The position numbers were made by a program, and so were the translations under genes. Positions 35,420-43,779 of a stretch of DNA of 43,788 nucleotides are shown in pieces; within the stretch, counting starts at the first letter, position 1; each line of letters begins with the position of its first letter. The DNA comes from a virus (lineage: Duplodnaviria > Caudoviricetes). The notes under the pieces are model-generated. The model had not been told where the DNA came from. It saw nothing but the letters and a program-made list of their open reading frames with translations, and did not search any database. Location: the IMG/VR virus record IMGVR_UViG_3300011339_000704, positions 1 through 43,788 of that record; one strand, 5' to 3'.

Positions 35420-35916
35420 TAACGGTTAAACAGATACTCGCATATTTTCCAAACAAGTCAGATGATCCTGCATTTTTTACAAGCCGTTTGCCGATTGTTT
35501 ACGTTCAATATATCAGACCGTTTTTAGGTGCTAGTTTTTACAACGAGTTGCTGACACAGTACAATACAGACACGCTAACAGTAGCAAACAAAGAGTTCAT
35601 GCAAGACTATCTGCAGCCGATTATAGCGCATTACGCTATGTATAGTGGGCTTGCATTACGAAGGGCAGAACCAGCGGCAAACGGTATATTACAAACCTTA
35701 CCCGAATTTGGGCAAAACCCGACTGAGGCGCAAATGTCACTAAGCACGAATGCGGTATTATCGGCAGCCGAAAGCCTTGTAAAGTACGCAAAGGACTTTT
35801 TAAGAGAAAACGCTAATTCATATCCTTTGTACACTTGCACCGATAAAATAAGTGGCGGTTTTGGTTTGTATTTGGGCGATAGTAATTCACAGGTTTTCCT
35901 AGACAAAAACAGATAA
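35416..35916 (+). CDS. head-tail adaptor protein
   Basis: YIRPFLGASFYNEL...YLQPIIAHY...FLREN...YPLY; directly after the portal. Confidence 0.65.
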   Translation: MITVKQILAYFPNKSDDPAFFTSRLPIVYVQYIRPFLGASFYNELLTQYNTDTLTVANKEFMQDYLQPIIAHYAMYSGLALRRAEPAANGILQTLPEFGQNPTEAQMSLSTNAVLSAAESLVKYAKDFLRENANSYPLYTCTDKISGGFGLYLGDSNSQVFLDKNR

Positions 35917-35917
35917 G

Positions 35918-36712
35918 ATGCCAGTTATACCACCAGTTAGGACAATCTTATTAAACGACCACAAAGACTTAGTCGAGGGTGAATTACACTACCCTAAAGG
36001 CTATACGTTGGCAGGGCGTGAAAGCTACCCCGTTAGGAACGTACACGCTGAACTAGAATGGCAGTTTAAATACTATCAAGAACCTGTTATCGGGTTTACA
36101 AGCGTAGCGAGTAGCGCACCAAGTGACGGAGATAGATACATTTATACGGGCGTTGGAAGTTCAGCAGAGTTTGGCGGTGCAACAACCAATTCAATAGTAA
36201 GTTATCTAACGGTTGATAGTTACGGGCTTAATTATAACTCATGGGACTTTATCGCACCACAGGCAGGGACTTTGATTTACGCCACAAGTGTTGACACGTT
36301 TTACTACTATGATGGCTCAATATGGAAGGACTTATCAGCAGGAATAAACCCGACAGACAAAGACAATGCCACGGTAACATTAAACGGAGGTGCAAACAAC
36401 GGGTTAATAAATAACTACGTTAATTTATTCACGCCAGTGGTGGGCAAAATGTTCGAGTCCGTATTGTTAAAAAGCACGGGTTTATTACCCAGCAACGGCA
36501 GCACGTTAATTAAAGTGGTATTACACGACGGTACACCAGCTAATGACGTAGAGATAATGCCAAGTGTAAGCACGGCAGAGTTAAACGGCATACTGTTTAA
36601 GTACGGGTGCAATGGCGAGGTAGTAAGCGGTGGGTATTCATTGAAATTATTAATCACAGGCAACACGGTAACGGCAGGAACGGTATTGGTTGTCGCAAAC
36701 TATTTGATATGA
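35918..36712 (+). CDS. virion structural protein with DUF2793-like domain
   Basis: APSDGDRYI...WDFIAPQAGTLIY...YYYDGSIW motif. Confidence 0.6.
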   Translation: MPVIPPVRTILLNDHKDLVEGELHYPKGYTLAGRESYPVRNVHAELEWQFKYYQEPVIGFTSVASSAPSDGDRYIYTGVGSSAEFGGATTNSIVSYLTVDSYGLNYNSWDFIAPQAGTLIYATSVDTFYYYDGSIWKDLSAGINPTDKDNATVTLNGGANNGLINNYVNLFTPVVGKMFESVLLKSTGLLPSNGSTLIKVVLHDGTPANDVEIMPSVSTAELNGILFKYGCNGEVVSGGYSLKLLITGNTVTAGTVLVVANYLI

Positions 36713-37605
36713 GGTATTTATTTATTATTGGTTTATTGGTTAGCTTAAATGTTCAAGCGCAAAAAACAATGCGTATTGATAGGATTTATCTTAACGAAAG
36801 TTTAGAACTAAAAAAGATTTTTAGCGGTGATACAGTAGTTTTTTTAATTCAAAACAAAGTGGGCGGTGCTGGATTAGCTATTTCAATTAATAGCCCTTCC
36901 GTTAAATTTGATTTTTCAGCCAACGATTTAGGTTTCTTTTTGAACTACACAAACAGCGACACTAATACGCTTGATGTTCGAGATGGTGGGGTATTACTAC
37001 AATGGGGGGCTAATGATGGCAACGTAGGCATAGGCACGGAAATACCTACCGAAAAGCTACACGTAATTGGCACGAGCATATTTACCGACACGCTAACATA
37101 CGACATACCAAGTGCCGCCAGCGGTTACGTATTGACCTCACAAGATGCGTTAGGGAATTCTAAATGGCAAGACCACACCGCATACGGTGAAATGGGTTTT
37201 GGCGATAGCACCCGTACAATAGCTTTAACTCAAAACGTGTTTAGCGTTGTAACCAACACCGCAAAGGATTTACTAAGCGCAGGGGCTACCACCTTGCGCA
37301 ACGTAACCTATCAAGGCGACAGCTTGAAGGTAGACAGCGCAGGAACTTATCAGATAATAGTTAACCTATCGGTTGATGGAACAAATGCATCTGTTTTGAA
37401 ATTAGGTATATTTAAGAACGGGGTAATAATGAACGGCAACACGGGGCATATTGAATTGACTAATAACCACACCGTACAAATTAGCTACAACGACATAGCA
37501 CCGTTAGCCGTTGGCGATGGGTTGAGGGTAGTGATAATGAACACCGCTAGTAATGACGATGTAGATGCTAGAAACGGCAAGATAACAATCAATAAGCTAC
37601 GATAA
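36709..37605 (+). CDS. fibre-like protein with signal peptide and C1q/TNF-like C-terminus
   Basis: ATG 36709 (ATGA-coupled); MRYLFIIGLLVSLNVQA|Q; GNVGIGT..P.EKLHVIG, GYVLTS...W and GTYQIIVNLS motifs. Confidence 0.65.
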   Translation: MRYLFIIGLLVSLNVQAQKTMRIDRIYLNESLELKKIFSGDTVVFLIQNKVGGAGLAISINSPSVKFDFSANDLGFFLNYTNSDTNTLDVRDGGVLLQWGANDGNVGIGTEIPTEKLHVIGTSIFTDTLTYDIPSAASGYVLTSQDALGNSKWQDHTAYGEMGFGDSTRTIALTQNVFSVVTNTAKDLLSAGATTLRNVTYQGDSLKVDSAGTYQIIVNLSVDGTNASVLKLGIFKNGVIMNGNTGHIELTNNHTVQISYNDIAPLAVGDGLRVVIMNTASNDDVDARNGKITINKLR

Positions 37606-37934
37606 TGGGCAGACAGATAACAAGCCAAAAGGGCACGCAATATACTTTGACGTTTGCGGCTAGCGAACAAAACAGCAGCGGCAACACGGTACCGACTAAC
37701 ATAACGGGCGCAACTATTGTGTTTAGTGTTTACGATAGCAATGTTAATCTGAACCTAATCTTTAGCGAAACTTGCACCATAACCGATGCAGCCAACGGCA
37801 CATTTGAGTTCTTATTGACTTTAGCCAATACGAAACGTGCCGGTAGTTTTATTTGGAAAATAGTAGCAACATACGCTAACGGTAACGTAGTGCCGTGGGG
37901 TAATGGTATCTTTAAAATTGAGGACTTAGGATGA
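37605..37934 (+). CDS. BppU-like structural protein
   Basis: NITGATIVFSV...ITDAANGTFEF...G.F.I beta-sandwich pattern. Confidence 0.55.
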   Translation: MGRQITSQKGTQYTLTFAASEQNSSGNTVPTNITGATIVFSVYDSNVNLNLIFSETCTITDAANGTFEFLLTLANTKRAGSFIWKIVATYANGNVVPWGNGIFKIEDLG

Positions 37935-39679
37935 TAACGGTAGAGGTAATTGATAGGAATTTCCAAATAGAGATTGGCGCAAAGAACATCGTAAGCGGTG
38001 GCACTAGCGGCACGGCAACGGCAACCAACTCGTTAAGTACCGTTATTGGAACGGTAAGCGTACCTAGTGGCGGCACTGCTAATATACCTATTACTGATAG
38101 CCTTGCAAGGCGTTCAGACCTAACTACTATCGTAAGCATACCAGCGGAAACGGATTACACGGTAGCCGATAGCGTTGTTACTTTAAAAAACACATTAGCA
38201 GCCACTTTAAGCACTACAAACGTAAAAGCGGATAGTAGTACTAATATAACCGCACCAAACGGCACAGCGACCGTTAAAAACAGTTTAAACACCACAATAG
38301 ACACGGCTAATGTTCCGAGTGGCGCAAATGTTGATGTGTCAATAACGGACAGCACTATTAAGCGTTCAGACACCACGAATATAGCAAGTGTGCCAGCGGA
38401 AACTAACTATACCGTAGCGGATAGTGTGGTAACATTAGTTAACACCGTACCCACAACACTAAGTACTACAAACGTATTAGCTGACAAAGCCACCACAATA
38501 ACAGCACCTAATGGAACGGCTAACGCAAGGAACAGCGCAAATACGACAGTAGGCACGGCAGCCATACCAAGCGGTGCAACGGCTAACGTAAGCGTTGGAG
38601 ATAGCACTATACTACGTTCAGATGCCACCACAATAGCAACCACGCCAGCAACGGTAGCCTACACGGTAGCGGACACACCTGTTAGGGTTGAATACCTTAA
38701 CGGTACTTTGATAAGCAACACCAACGTAAAGGCAGCAAGCACCGCAACGATACAAGTACCAAACCAATTAACATTACAGGATAATGTAGATGCAAGTACA
38801 AGCACTCAAATAGTAACTGCCATTACCAATGCTGGTAAAGAGTGCGATGTGCAAGGTCAATTACTTGATCGCTATAAAGTAGGGGGGTTTGCTTCAATCG
38901 GTTCATTCGGCACGTTAGCAGGTTCTAACGGTGCGGCAATGGTGTACAATGGCTTAATCTATATTACAAGCCTAAACAACGTACTAATTTATAATGCCAC
39001 AACTTACGCACTACAAACAACCGTAACGGGCTTTAATGGTGCAGTAGAAATGGCAATGAGTCCCGATGGGTCACAGTATGCCGTTGTTAACTTTACAGGC
39101 AACACGGTGCGTATAATGGACACAGCCACCAATACTCAAATAACTAGTTTTGCAACTATTACTAACCCGTGGACAGTATCGTATAATGCCGCTGGAACGG
39201 AGTTATACATTTCGACTCTTACCACATCAACTATCACCCGTTATAATTTAACAGGGTCAACACTAGGCACGGTAACGGGCTTTGACGGAAGGATATTAGA
39301 AGTAAGGCGAGTAGGGTTAAATTACCATGTATTAACCGCCACAGGCACGGCAGGGGCAAGCACCCAACGTGTTAGGGTTATGGACTTTGCCACCAATACG
39401 GAACAATCTAGTAACCCGTTAGGCACGGTAACTACAATAGGCACGGTGCAATCTATCGCAATTGAGGGTAGTAGTGCTTATTTATGTACTTTAAAAGGTT
39501 CGGGTAACAGCACTACTTTGTTCGTGTACGAATACAACCTAAGCTACGCATTGCAACGTGGCGAAAACACTTGTATCAACGGTACTAATTTATGGGGTGT
39601 GGCGTATAACCCGGCTAATTGCGGCACACTAGTATTGCCTTGCACTACTTTAACCACCACTATAAATTTAATCGTATGA
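37931..39679 (+). CDS. tail fibre / receptor-binding protein with beta-propeller head
   Basis: Thr/Ser/Ala-rich repeats, then YVTN-like blades (MSPDGSQYAVVN...VRIMDTATN). Confidence 0.7.
   Translation: MITVEVIDRNFQIEIGAKNIVSGGTSGTATATNSLSTVIGTVSVPSGGTANIPITDSLARRSDLTTIVSIPAETDYTVADSVVTLKNTLAATLSTTNVKADSSTNITAPNGTATVKNSLNTTIDTANVPSGANVDVSITDSTIKRSDTTNIASVPAETNYTVADSVVTLVNTVPTTLSTTNVLADKATTITAPNGTANARNSANTTVGTAAIPSGATANVSVGDSTILRSDATTIATTPATVAYTVADTPVRVEYLNGTLISNTNVKAASTATIQVPNQLTLQDNVDASTSTQIVTAITNAGKECDVQGQLLDRYKVGGFASIGSFGTLAGSNGAAMVYNGLIYITSLNNVLIYNATTYALQTTVTGFNGAVEMAMSPDGSQYAVVNFTGNTVRIMDTATNTQITSFATITNPWTVSYNAAGTELYISTLTTSTITRYNLTGSTLGTVTGFDGRILEVRRVGLNYHVLTATGTAGASTQRVRVMDFATNTEQSSNPLGTVTTIGTVQSIAIEGSSAYLCTLKGSGNSTTLFVYEYNLSYALQRGENTCINGTNLWGVAYNPANCGTLVLPCTTLTTTINLIV
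38009..38764 (+). repeat. three tandem 84-aa (252-bp) repeats in the fibre stalk
   Basis: Units start at 38009, 38261 and 38513 (GTAT..NS...PSG...DS...RSD...YTVAD...TNV.A...I.AP). Confidence 0.85.
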
Positions 39680-39834
39680 CCTTTTGGATAGTAGCAGACA
39701 GCGAAGATATTTTATTAGTACATACGATCCCACAAGACGGGGCAGTTGAAGTTGACGCACCCGATGACTTTATTGATTGCGGAGATACCGCTAATAAATA
39801 CAAGTACGTAAACGGATTAATCGAAACAAAATAA
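39676..39834 (+). CDS. small fibre-associated protein
   Basis: ATGA-coupled; VEVDAPDDF...KYKYVNG motif. Confidence 0.55.
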   Translation: MTFWIVADSEDILLVHTIPQDGAVEVDAPDDFIDCGDTANKYKYVNGLIETK

Positions 39835-39840
39835 TAAGCA

Positions 39841-40068
39841 ATGCACAAAATGGAAATTAGAAATTTACTCGGTATATTTTGGAGTGCTTTTGGTGCATTG
39901 TACATTATTGGTATTACCTTTATAAATATACCGATAAACAATCACAGGGCAGTTGATACTGTTTTGGGCTTCATATTAGGTACGATAGTATCAACTATTA
40001 TCAACTTTTATTTTGGGAGCAGTAAAGGTAGTGCGGATAAAAACGAAATGATTAAGAACAAAGATTAG
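39841..40068 (+). CDS. holin-like membrane protein
   Basis: Two TM helices, IINFYFGSSKGS motif, lysis-module position. Confidence 0.65.
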   Translation: MHKMEIRNLLGIFWSAFGALYIIGITFINIPINNHRAVDTVLGFILGTIVSTIINFYFGSSKGSADKNEMIKNKD

Positions 40069-40094
40069 CTAACAAGCCTTTGGGGGGCGCAAAC

Positions 40095-40313
40095 ATGAAT
40101 AGAGTGGAAGATTTTTTACGCAAACATCCTACGTTGGGTTTTGTAACTAGCTTTTGGGCGTTTTTGCAGCCGTTTCTAGACACGCTTACCCCCATACTTC
40201 AGTTTGTGGCGTTGGTTATTGGCGTAATGATTGGCGGTATTACGCTACGCTTAAAGCTAATGGAGTACAACGAGAAACGGGCTAAAAAAGACTTGCACAA
40301 TTCGCAGGAATAA
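40095..40313 (+). CDS. second holin-like membrane protein
   Basis: Hydrophobic helices with a basic tail; ATG 40095. Confidence 0.55.
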   Translation: MNRVEDFLRKHPTLGFVTSFWAFLQPFLDTLTPILQFVALVIGVMIGGITLRLKLMEYNEKRAKKDLHNSQE

Positions 40314-40378
40314 GTATGGTTAGTCGGAAATACCGACAGACCCTATTTTGTTTAAGCATTAATACTTATCTTCACAGC

Positions 40379-40813
40379 ATGGAATTAAGAGTAGACCGAT
40401 ACGCCCACTTAGAAAACGAAACCATTGGTAGGTTCTATATTGATGGAGTTTACCAATGCTACACCCTAGAAGATGAACACAGGGAAGTAAAGGTAAAAGG
40501 CGATACACGAATACCAGCAGGGCGGTACGAAGTCGTATTAAGGCGTGAGGGCGGTTTTCACATGAACTACGCTAAACGGTTTGCAGACATACACAAAGGA
40601 ATGTTACACGTTACGAATGTGCCGAACTTCCAATTTATCCTTATCCACGTAGGCAATACCGAACTAGATACGATGGGTTGCTTATTGGTAGGCTTGACTA
40701 AGGTAGGCAAAACAATCGGGCAAAGCGTAGCAGCTTACAAAAAGATATACCCACCAATTGCAGCAGCACTTACCGCAGGGCAGAAGGTTTTCATTACATA
40801 CAATGACTTATGA
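40379..40813 (+). CDS. DUF5675-family putative endolysin
   Basis: TIG...CYTLED...RIPAGRY...ILIHVGN...DTMGCLLVG (His/Cys, L,D-transpeptidase-like). Confidence 0.75.
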   Translation: MELRVDRYAHLENETIGRFYIDGVYQCYTLEDEHREVKVKGDTRIPAGRYEVVLRREGGFHMNYAKRFADIHKGMLHVTNVPNFQFILIHVGNTELDTMGCLLVGLTKVGKTIGQSVAAYKKIYPPIAAALTAGQKVFITYNDL

Positions 40814-41067
40814 GTGATAACCATCTTACTAATGTTGGCAGCGATAAAGTTAATCCAAACCACTATAAAGGCTATTCTAAGGAAACTATCGAAATGATGG
40901 TAGCTATTTACGGTGCGGAAAAGGTAGCCACATATTGCGAGTGCAACGCTTTTAAATACCGCATGAGAATGGGTAAGAAACAAGGCGAAAGCATTACAGA
41001 CGACCTAGCAAAAGAACGCTGGTATCTTGACAAAGCAAAGGAATTGCGTGATAGCTTACATTTGTAG
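40810..41067 (+). CDS. DUF3310 (SaV-like) protein
   Basis: DKVNPNHY...ETI...NAFKYRMR.GKK...DDLAK..WYL. Confidence 0.85.
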   Translation: MSDNHLTNVGSDKVNPNHYKGYSKETIEMMVAIYGAEKVATYCECNAFKYRMRMGKKQGESITDDLAKERWYLDKAKELRDSLHL

Positions 41068-41094
41068 GCTATTTTCATTTTAAACCACTAACCA

Positions 41095-42510
41095 ATGGAA
41101 TTTGCATTTGAAAAGCAAAACGTAACCGATAAGATACGCATTGAACTAGCTAAATACGAAGCCCCGAAAGCCGCAGAATTTAGGATTATAGCCGACTTAG
41201 TAGGTTCGACCGATAAGTACGTTAAGATGGTGTATTATCGGGAGCGTGATAAACAGACCGTACAAGTAGAAGTTGAAGGGAGTGAAACGTGGGAAGTAAA
41301 AAACGGTAAGTACATTTGGCAAACCAAACACGGGGTAATTAACTTAGCGGTTGAGTTTATTGACCAGCTATTTTTTGAATACTCGCAACACGGGCGCAAC
41401 TATGACAGCACCCGAATAAGAAACAAACACAATTTAAAGCCGTGGGAATGGAACTCTATAAAGTCCCGTTTGCAGCTTTACAAGAACGCTAACATCTTCA
41501 GTCCGTACACATGGGACAACACCCCACTAAGTGAACGTGAGGGCATGGTAGCGGCTAAAATAACCCACAAGCTGCAGGATAGCGGACACGTTGTAACCGA
41601 CCAATACAACAAGGCACTACAAAAGGCGTATAAAGCGGAACTTGAAAAGGGCAACAAAGCAAAGTTTTTCGGGGACGAACTAAAAGCAGCACTACTTGAC
41701 CATTTGCCGACAATAGAAAAGTACCGGATTAGCCGAATACCCGAACCTTATAAGATAGATTGCATAGCAGCTACCATAACCGACCTACACATAGGGGCGC
41801 AAGTAGAAGGGTTAAGAGCAACACAAGACTACAACAACGAGGTATGTAAAGCCAAACTAAAAGAGATAGCCGAGATAATCAACCAGCAAGGGGCAAAGGA
41901 AGTACACATAAACATATTAGGCGACTTGATAGAGAGTTTCACAGGACTTAACCACCCGAATAGCTGGAAGTCAATGCAATCTAAAATGTACGGGGTAACG
42001 GTAGTTATTGAAGCGTACAAAATGCTACTTGAATTTCTTTGCTCAATACATAATTTAAGCCAAGTAAACAGCGTAGGCGGCAACCACGACAGACCCACTG
42101 CAAGCAACAAAGAGGAAACCAATGGAGAGATAGCCGAACTAATCAACTTCATGCTATCAGAGTCGCTAAAAACCATCAAATTTACCTACAATCATAGTTT
42201 GAACGCACAAGTGATTGACGGTATTAACTACATTTTAGTACATGGCGACAAAGGACACAGTAAAGATAGCAAGATAGGCACGCTAGTATTCAACCACGGC
42301 AAACAGGATATGTTTAACCTAGTGTTGGCAGGGCATTTACACAGCCGTATAACGGGGTGCGACAGTAGTAAATACCGAAAGATAACAGTTCCTAGCGTGT
42401 TTACAGGCAATGCGTATTCAGACGACTTAGGTTTTAGCGGTACGGCTGGCTTTATTATCATTTCCAACCGTAACGGGTTGCCTTTAATAACGGATTATAC
42501 ACTATCTTAG
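41095..42510 (+). CDS. calcineurin-like metallophosphoesterase with N-terminal extension
   Basis: DLHIG, GDLIE, GNHD, HGD and GHLH motifs. Confidence 0.85.
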   Translation: MEFAFEKQNVTDKIRIELAKYEAPKAAEFRIIADLVGSTDKYVKMVYYRERDKQTVQVEVEGSETWEVKNGKYIWQTKHGVINLAVEFIDQLFFEYSQHGRNYDSTRIRNKHNLKPWEWNSIKSRLQLYKNANIFSPYTWDNTPLSEREGMVAAKITHKLQDSGHVVTDQYNKALQKAYKAELEKGNKAKFFGDELKAALLDHLPTIEKYRISRIPEPYKIDCIAATITDLHIGAQVEGLRATQDYNNEVCKAKLKEIAEIINQQGAKEVHINILGDLIESFTGLNHPNSWKSMQSKMYGVTVVIEAYKMLLEFLCSIHNLSQVNSVGGNHDRPTASNKEETNGEIAELINFMLSESLKTIKFTYNHSLNAQVIDGINYILVHGDKGHSKDSKIGTLVFNHGKQDMFNLVLAGHLHSRITGCDSSKYRKITVPSVFTGNAYSDDLGFSGTAGFIIISNRNGLPLITDYTLS

Positions 42511-42514
42511 CAAT

Positions 42515-43030
42515 ATGAGATACCTAATACTACTAATCTTATTCAGCGGTTGCGCTGTAATGGATATGCCAAAAGCACGAGCCATAAAGAAAATACAAAA
42601 GCTACAAGCCCGACAGGAACGGTTAGCCGAAAAGTACGACATCGGCACTAAAGACACGGTTGTATTTCGAGATACGATAATAACAGGCGGCTACAAGACC
42701 GACACGTTAGTTCAATGGCGTTTTGATATAGACACTATTTACAGCCAACCTAACGAGGTTATTAAATGGAGAATAGCACGAGGTAAGACAGATAGTATTT
42801 ACGTGCCTTACAGCGTTAGTATTGAGTGCCCGACAGATACCACGTTCATATCGGTAAAAATACCTTGCCCAGAAATAAAAATATCTCGATGGGAGAAAGT
42901 TTATTCAAAAGTTTTCCTAACTTTACGTACATGGTGGCGGTGGTTAATCGCTTTAATCATAATCATTGGCACTGTTTACTTGCTGGTGAAGTTTTGGAAA
43001 AACATAAAGGCTTACGTGCCTTTCATATAA
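42515..43030 (+). CDS. putative unimolecular spanin
   Basis: N-terminal lipobox LFSG|C, beta-rich middle, C-terminal TM helix with basic tail. Confidence 0.6.
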   Translation: MRYLILLILFSGCAVMDMPKARAIKKIQKLQARQERLAEKYDIGTKDTVVFRDTIITGGYKTDTLVQWRFDIDTIYSQPNEVIKWRIARGKTDSIYVPYSVSIECPTDTTFISVKIPCPEIKISRWEKVYSKVFLTLRTWWRWLIALIIIIGTVYLLVKFWKNIKAYVPFI

Positions 43031-43054
43031 TTTGGTTGTTTATTGGTTAGTGTT

Positions 43055-43085
43055 GGGGGTGTGGTGGTTCGCACCCCCTTTTTTT
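43055..43085 (+). terminator. intrinsic terminator ending the late operon
   Basis: GGGGGTGTG/CGCACCCCC stem followed by T7. Confidence 0.85.
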
Positions 43086-43114
43086 ATGCCTAACCGTAAA
43101 TTAAACACGTTGAT

Positions 43115-43127
43115 AATCAATAAGTTA
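43115..43127 (+). promoter_or_regulatory. IHF-consensus site
   Basis: AATCAATAAGTTA matches WATCAANNNNTTR, just upstream of the early promoter. Confidence 0.45.
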
Positions 43128-43140
43128 GCTAATTAGCCAT

Positions 43141-43189
43141 AAATACTTTAAAATAAGTTTGGTAAATTAAAAAGGTTGGTGTATCTTTG
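43141..43189 (+). promoter_or_regulatory. probable early promoter
   Basis: TTTG 43158-43161, 20-nt spacer, TATCTTTG 43182-43189; upstream box shared with 8563-8596. Confidence 0.78.
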
Positions 43190-43228
43190 ATGTATAGAAA
43201 TTAACTAACCAAGTAAAACAAACCAAAA

Positions 43229-43438
43229 ATGACAACTTTTAGCAAAAACATCAACGACATCAAGGTAGGCAGTAAATTACTAGGTCAATTCCCAGTAGAA
43301 GTAATCGAGTGGAACGGTAAGACCGCAAAAGTAAGGGCTTTAGGAAACAAAAGTAACTTTCAAAAGTTTTACTCTTTACGTGCTACTGTAATACAACGTG
43401 AGATTAATAACGGCTACATGGGTATATCGAATAATTAA
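43229..43438 (+). CDS. hypothetical protein
   Basis: Leader aaaacaaaccaaaa-ATG; first gene after the promoter. Confidence 0.65.
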   Translation: MTTFSKNINDIKVGSKLLGQFPVEVIEWNGKTAKVRALGNKSNFQKFYSLRATVIQREINNGYMGISNN

Positions 43439-43491
43439 AAACAAAGGGGTGCAGCATCTTAACAACTGCATTAACCACTAAACAAACCACA

Positions 43492-43644
43492 ATGAAAGCA
43501 TTAGTAAAAGTAAACGGAGAGTCAGTAGGTATGTTCTACCAAATGTCAGACACCGAAACGCAAGCGGAAATGCACACAAGGATATTAAACGTAATTGTTT
43601 ATCGTTTTGGAATATGCGGCATTGATATTCAATGGCAAGCCTAA
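43492..43644 (+). CDS. small protein (50 aa, not in ORF track)
   Basis: MKALVKVNGESVGMFY...QWQA behind leader ccactaaacaaaccaca. Confidence 0.6.
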   Translation: MKALVKVNGESVGMFYQMSDTETQAEMHTRILNVIVYRFGICGIDIQWQA

Positions 43645-43645
43645 C

Positions 43646-43656
43646 AGTTCTTTGAA
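43646..43656 (+). promoter_or_regulatory. boxA-like antitermination signal
   Basis: AGTTCTTTGAA resembles rrn/tRNA-leader boxA and precedes a structured non-coding region. Confidence 0.55.
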
Positions 43657-43658
43657 GA

Positions 43659-43779
43659 TATGGGGCATGATTGAAAAAATACGTGTGGATTAGGTGGAGC
43701 AACTAGATGTGGCTGCCGAAGTCAGCGTACATACGCAACTGGTAAGCTAGTTAACTCTAGTTGCGCTATCATGCCTATA
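43659..43779 (+). ncRNA. unidentified multi-stem structured RNA
   Basis: Nested stems GGGCATGAT/ATCATGCCT and GCAACTAGA/TCTAGTTGC enclosing two hairpins. Confidence 0.55.

Noticed and set aside
37931-39679. Diversity-generating retroelement target in the fibre gene
   Set aside because: No reverse transcriptase and no template/variable repeat pair differing at adenines; the repeats are diverged tandem protein repeats.
1016-43702. Numerous minus-strand ORFs in the six-frame track
   Set aside because: Nearly all shadow well-supported + strand genes (especially the coiled-coil tape measure), lack motifs and leaders, and the promoters found all point to +.
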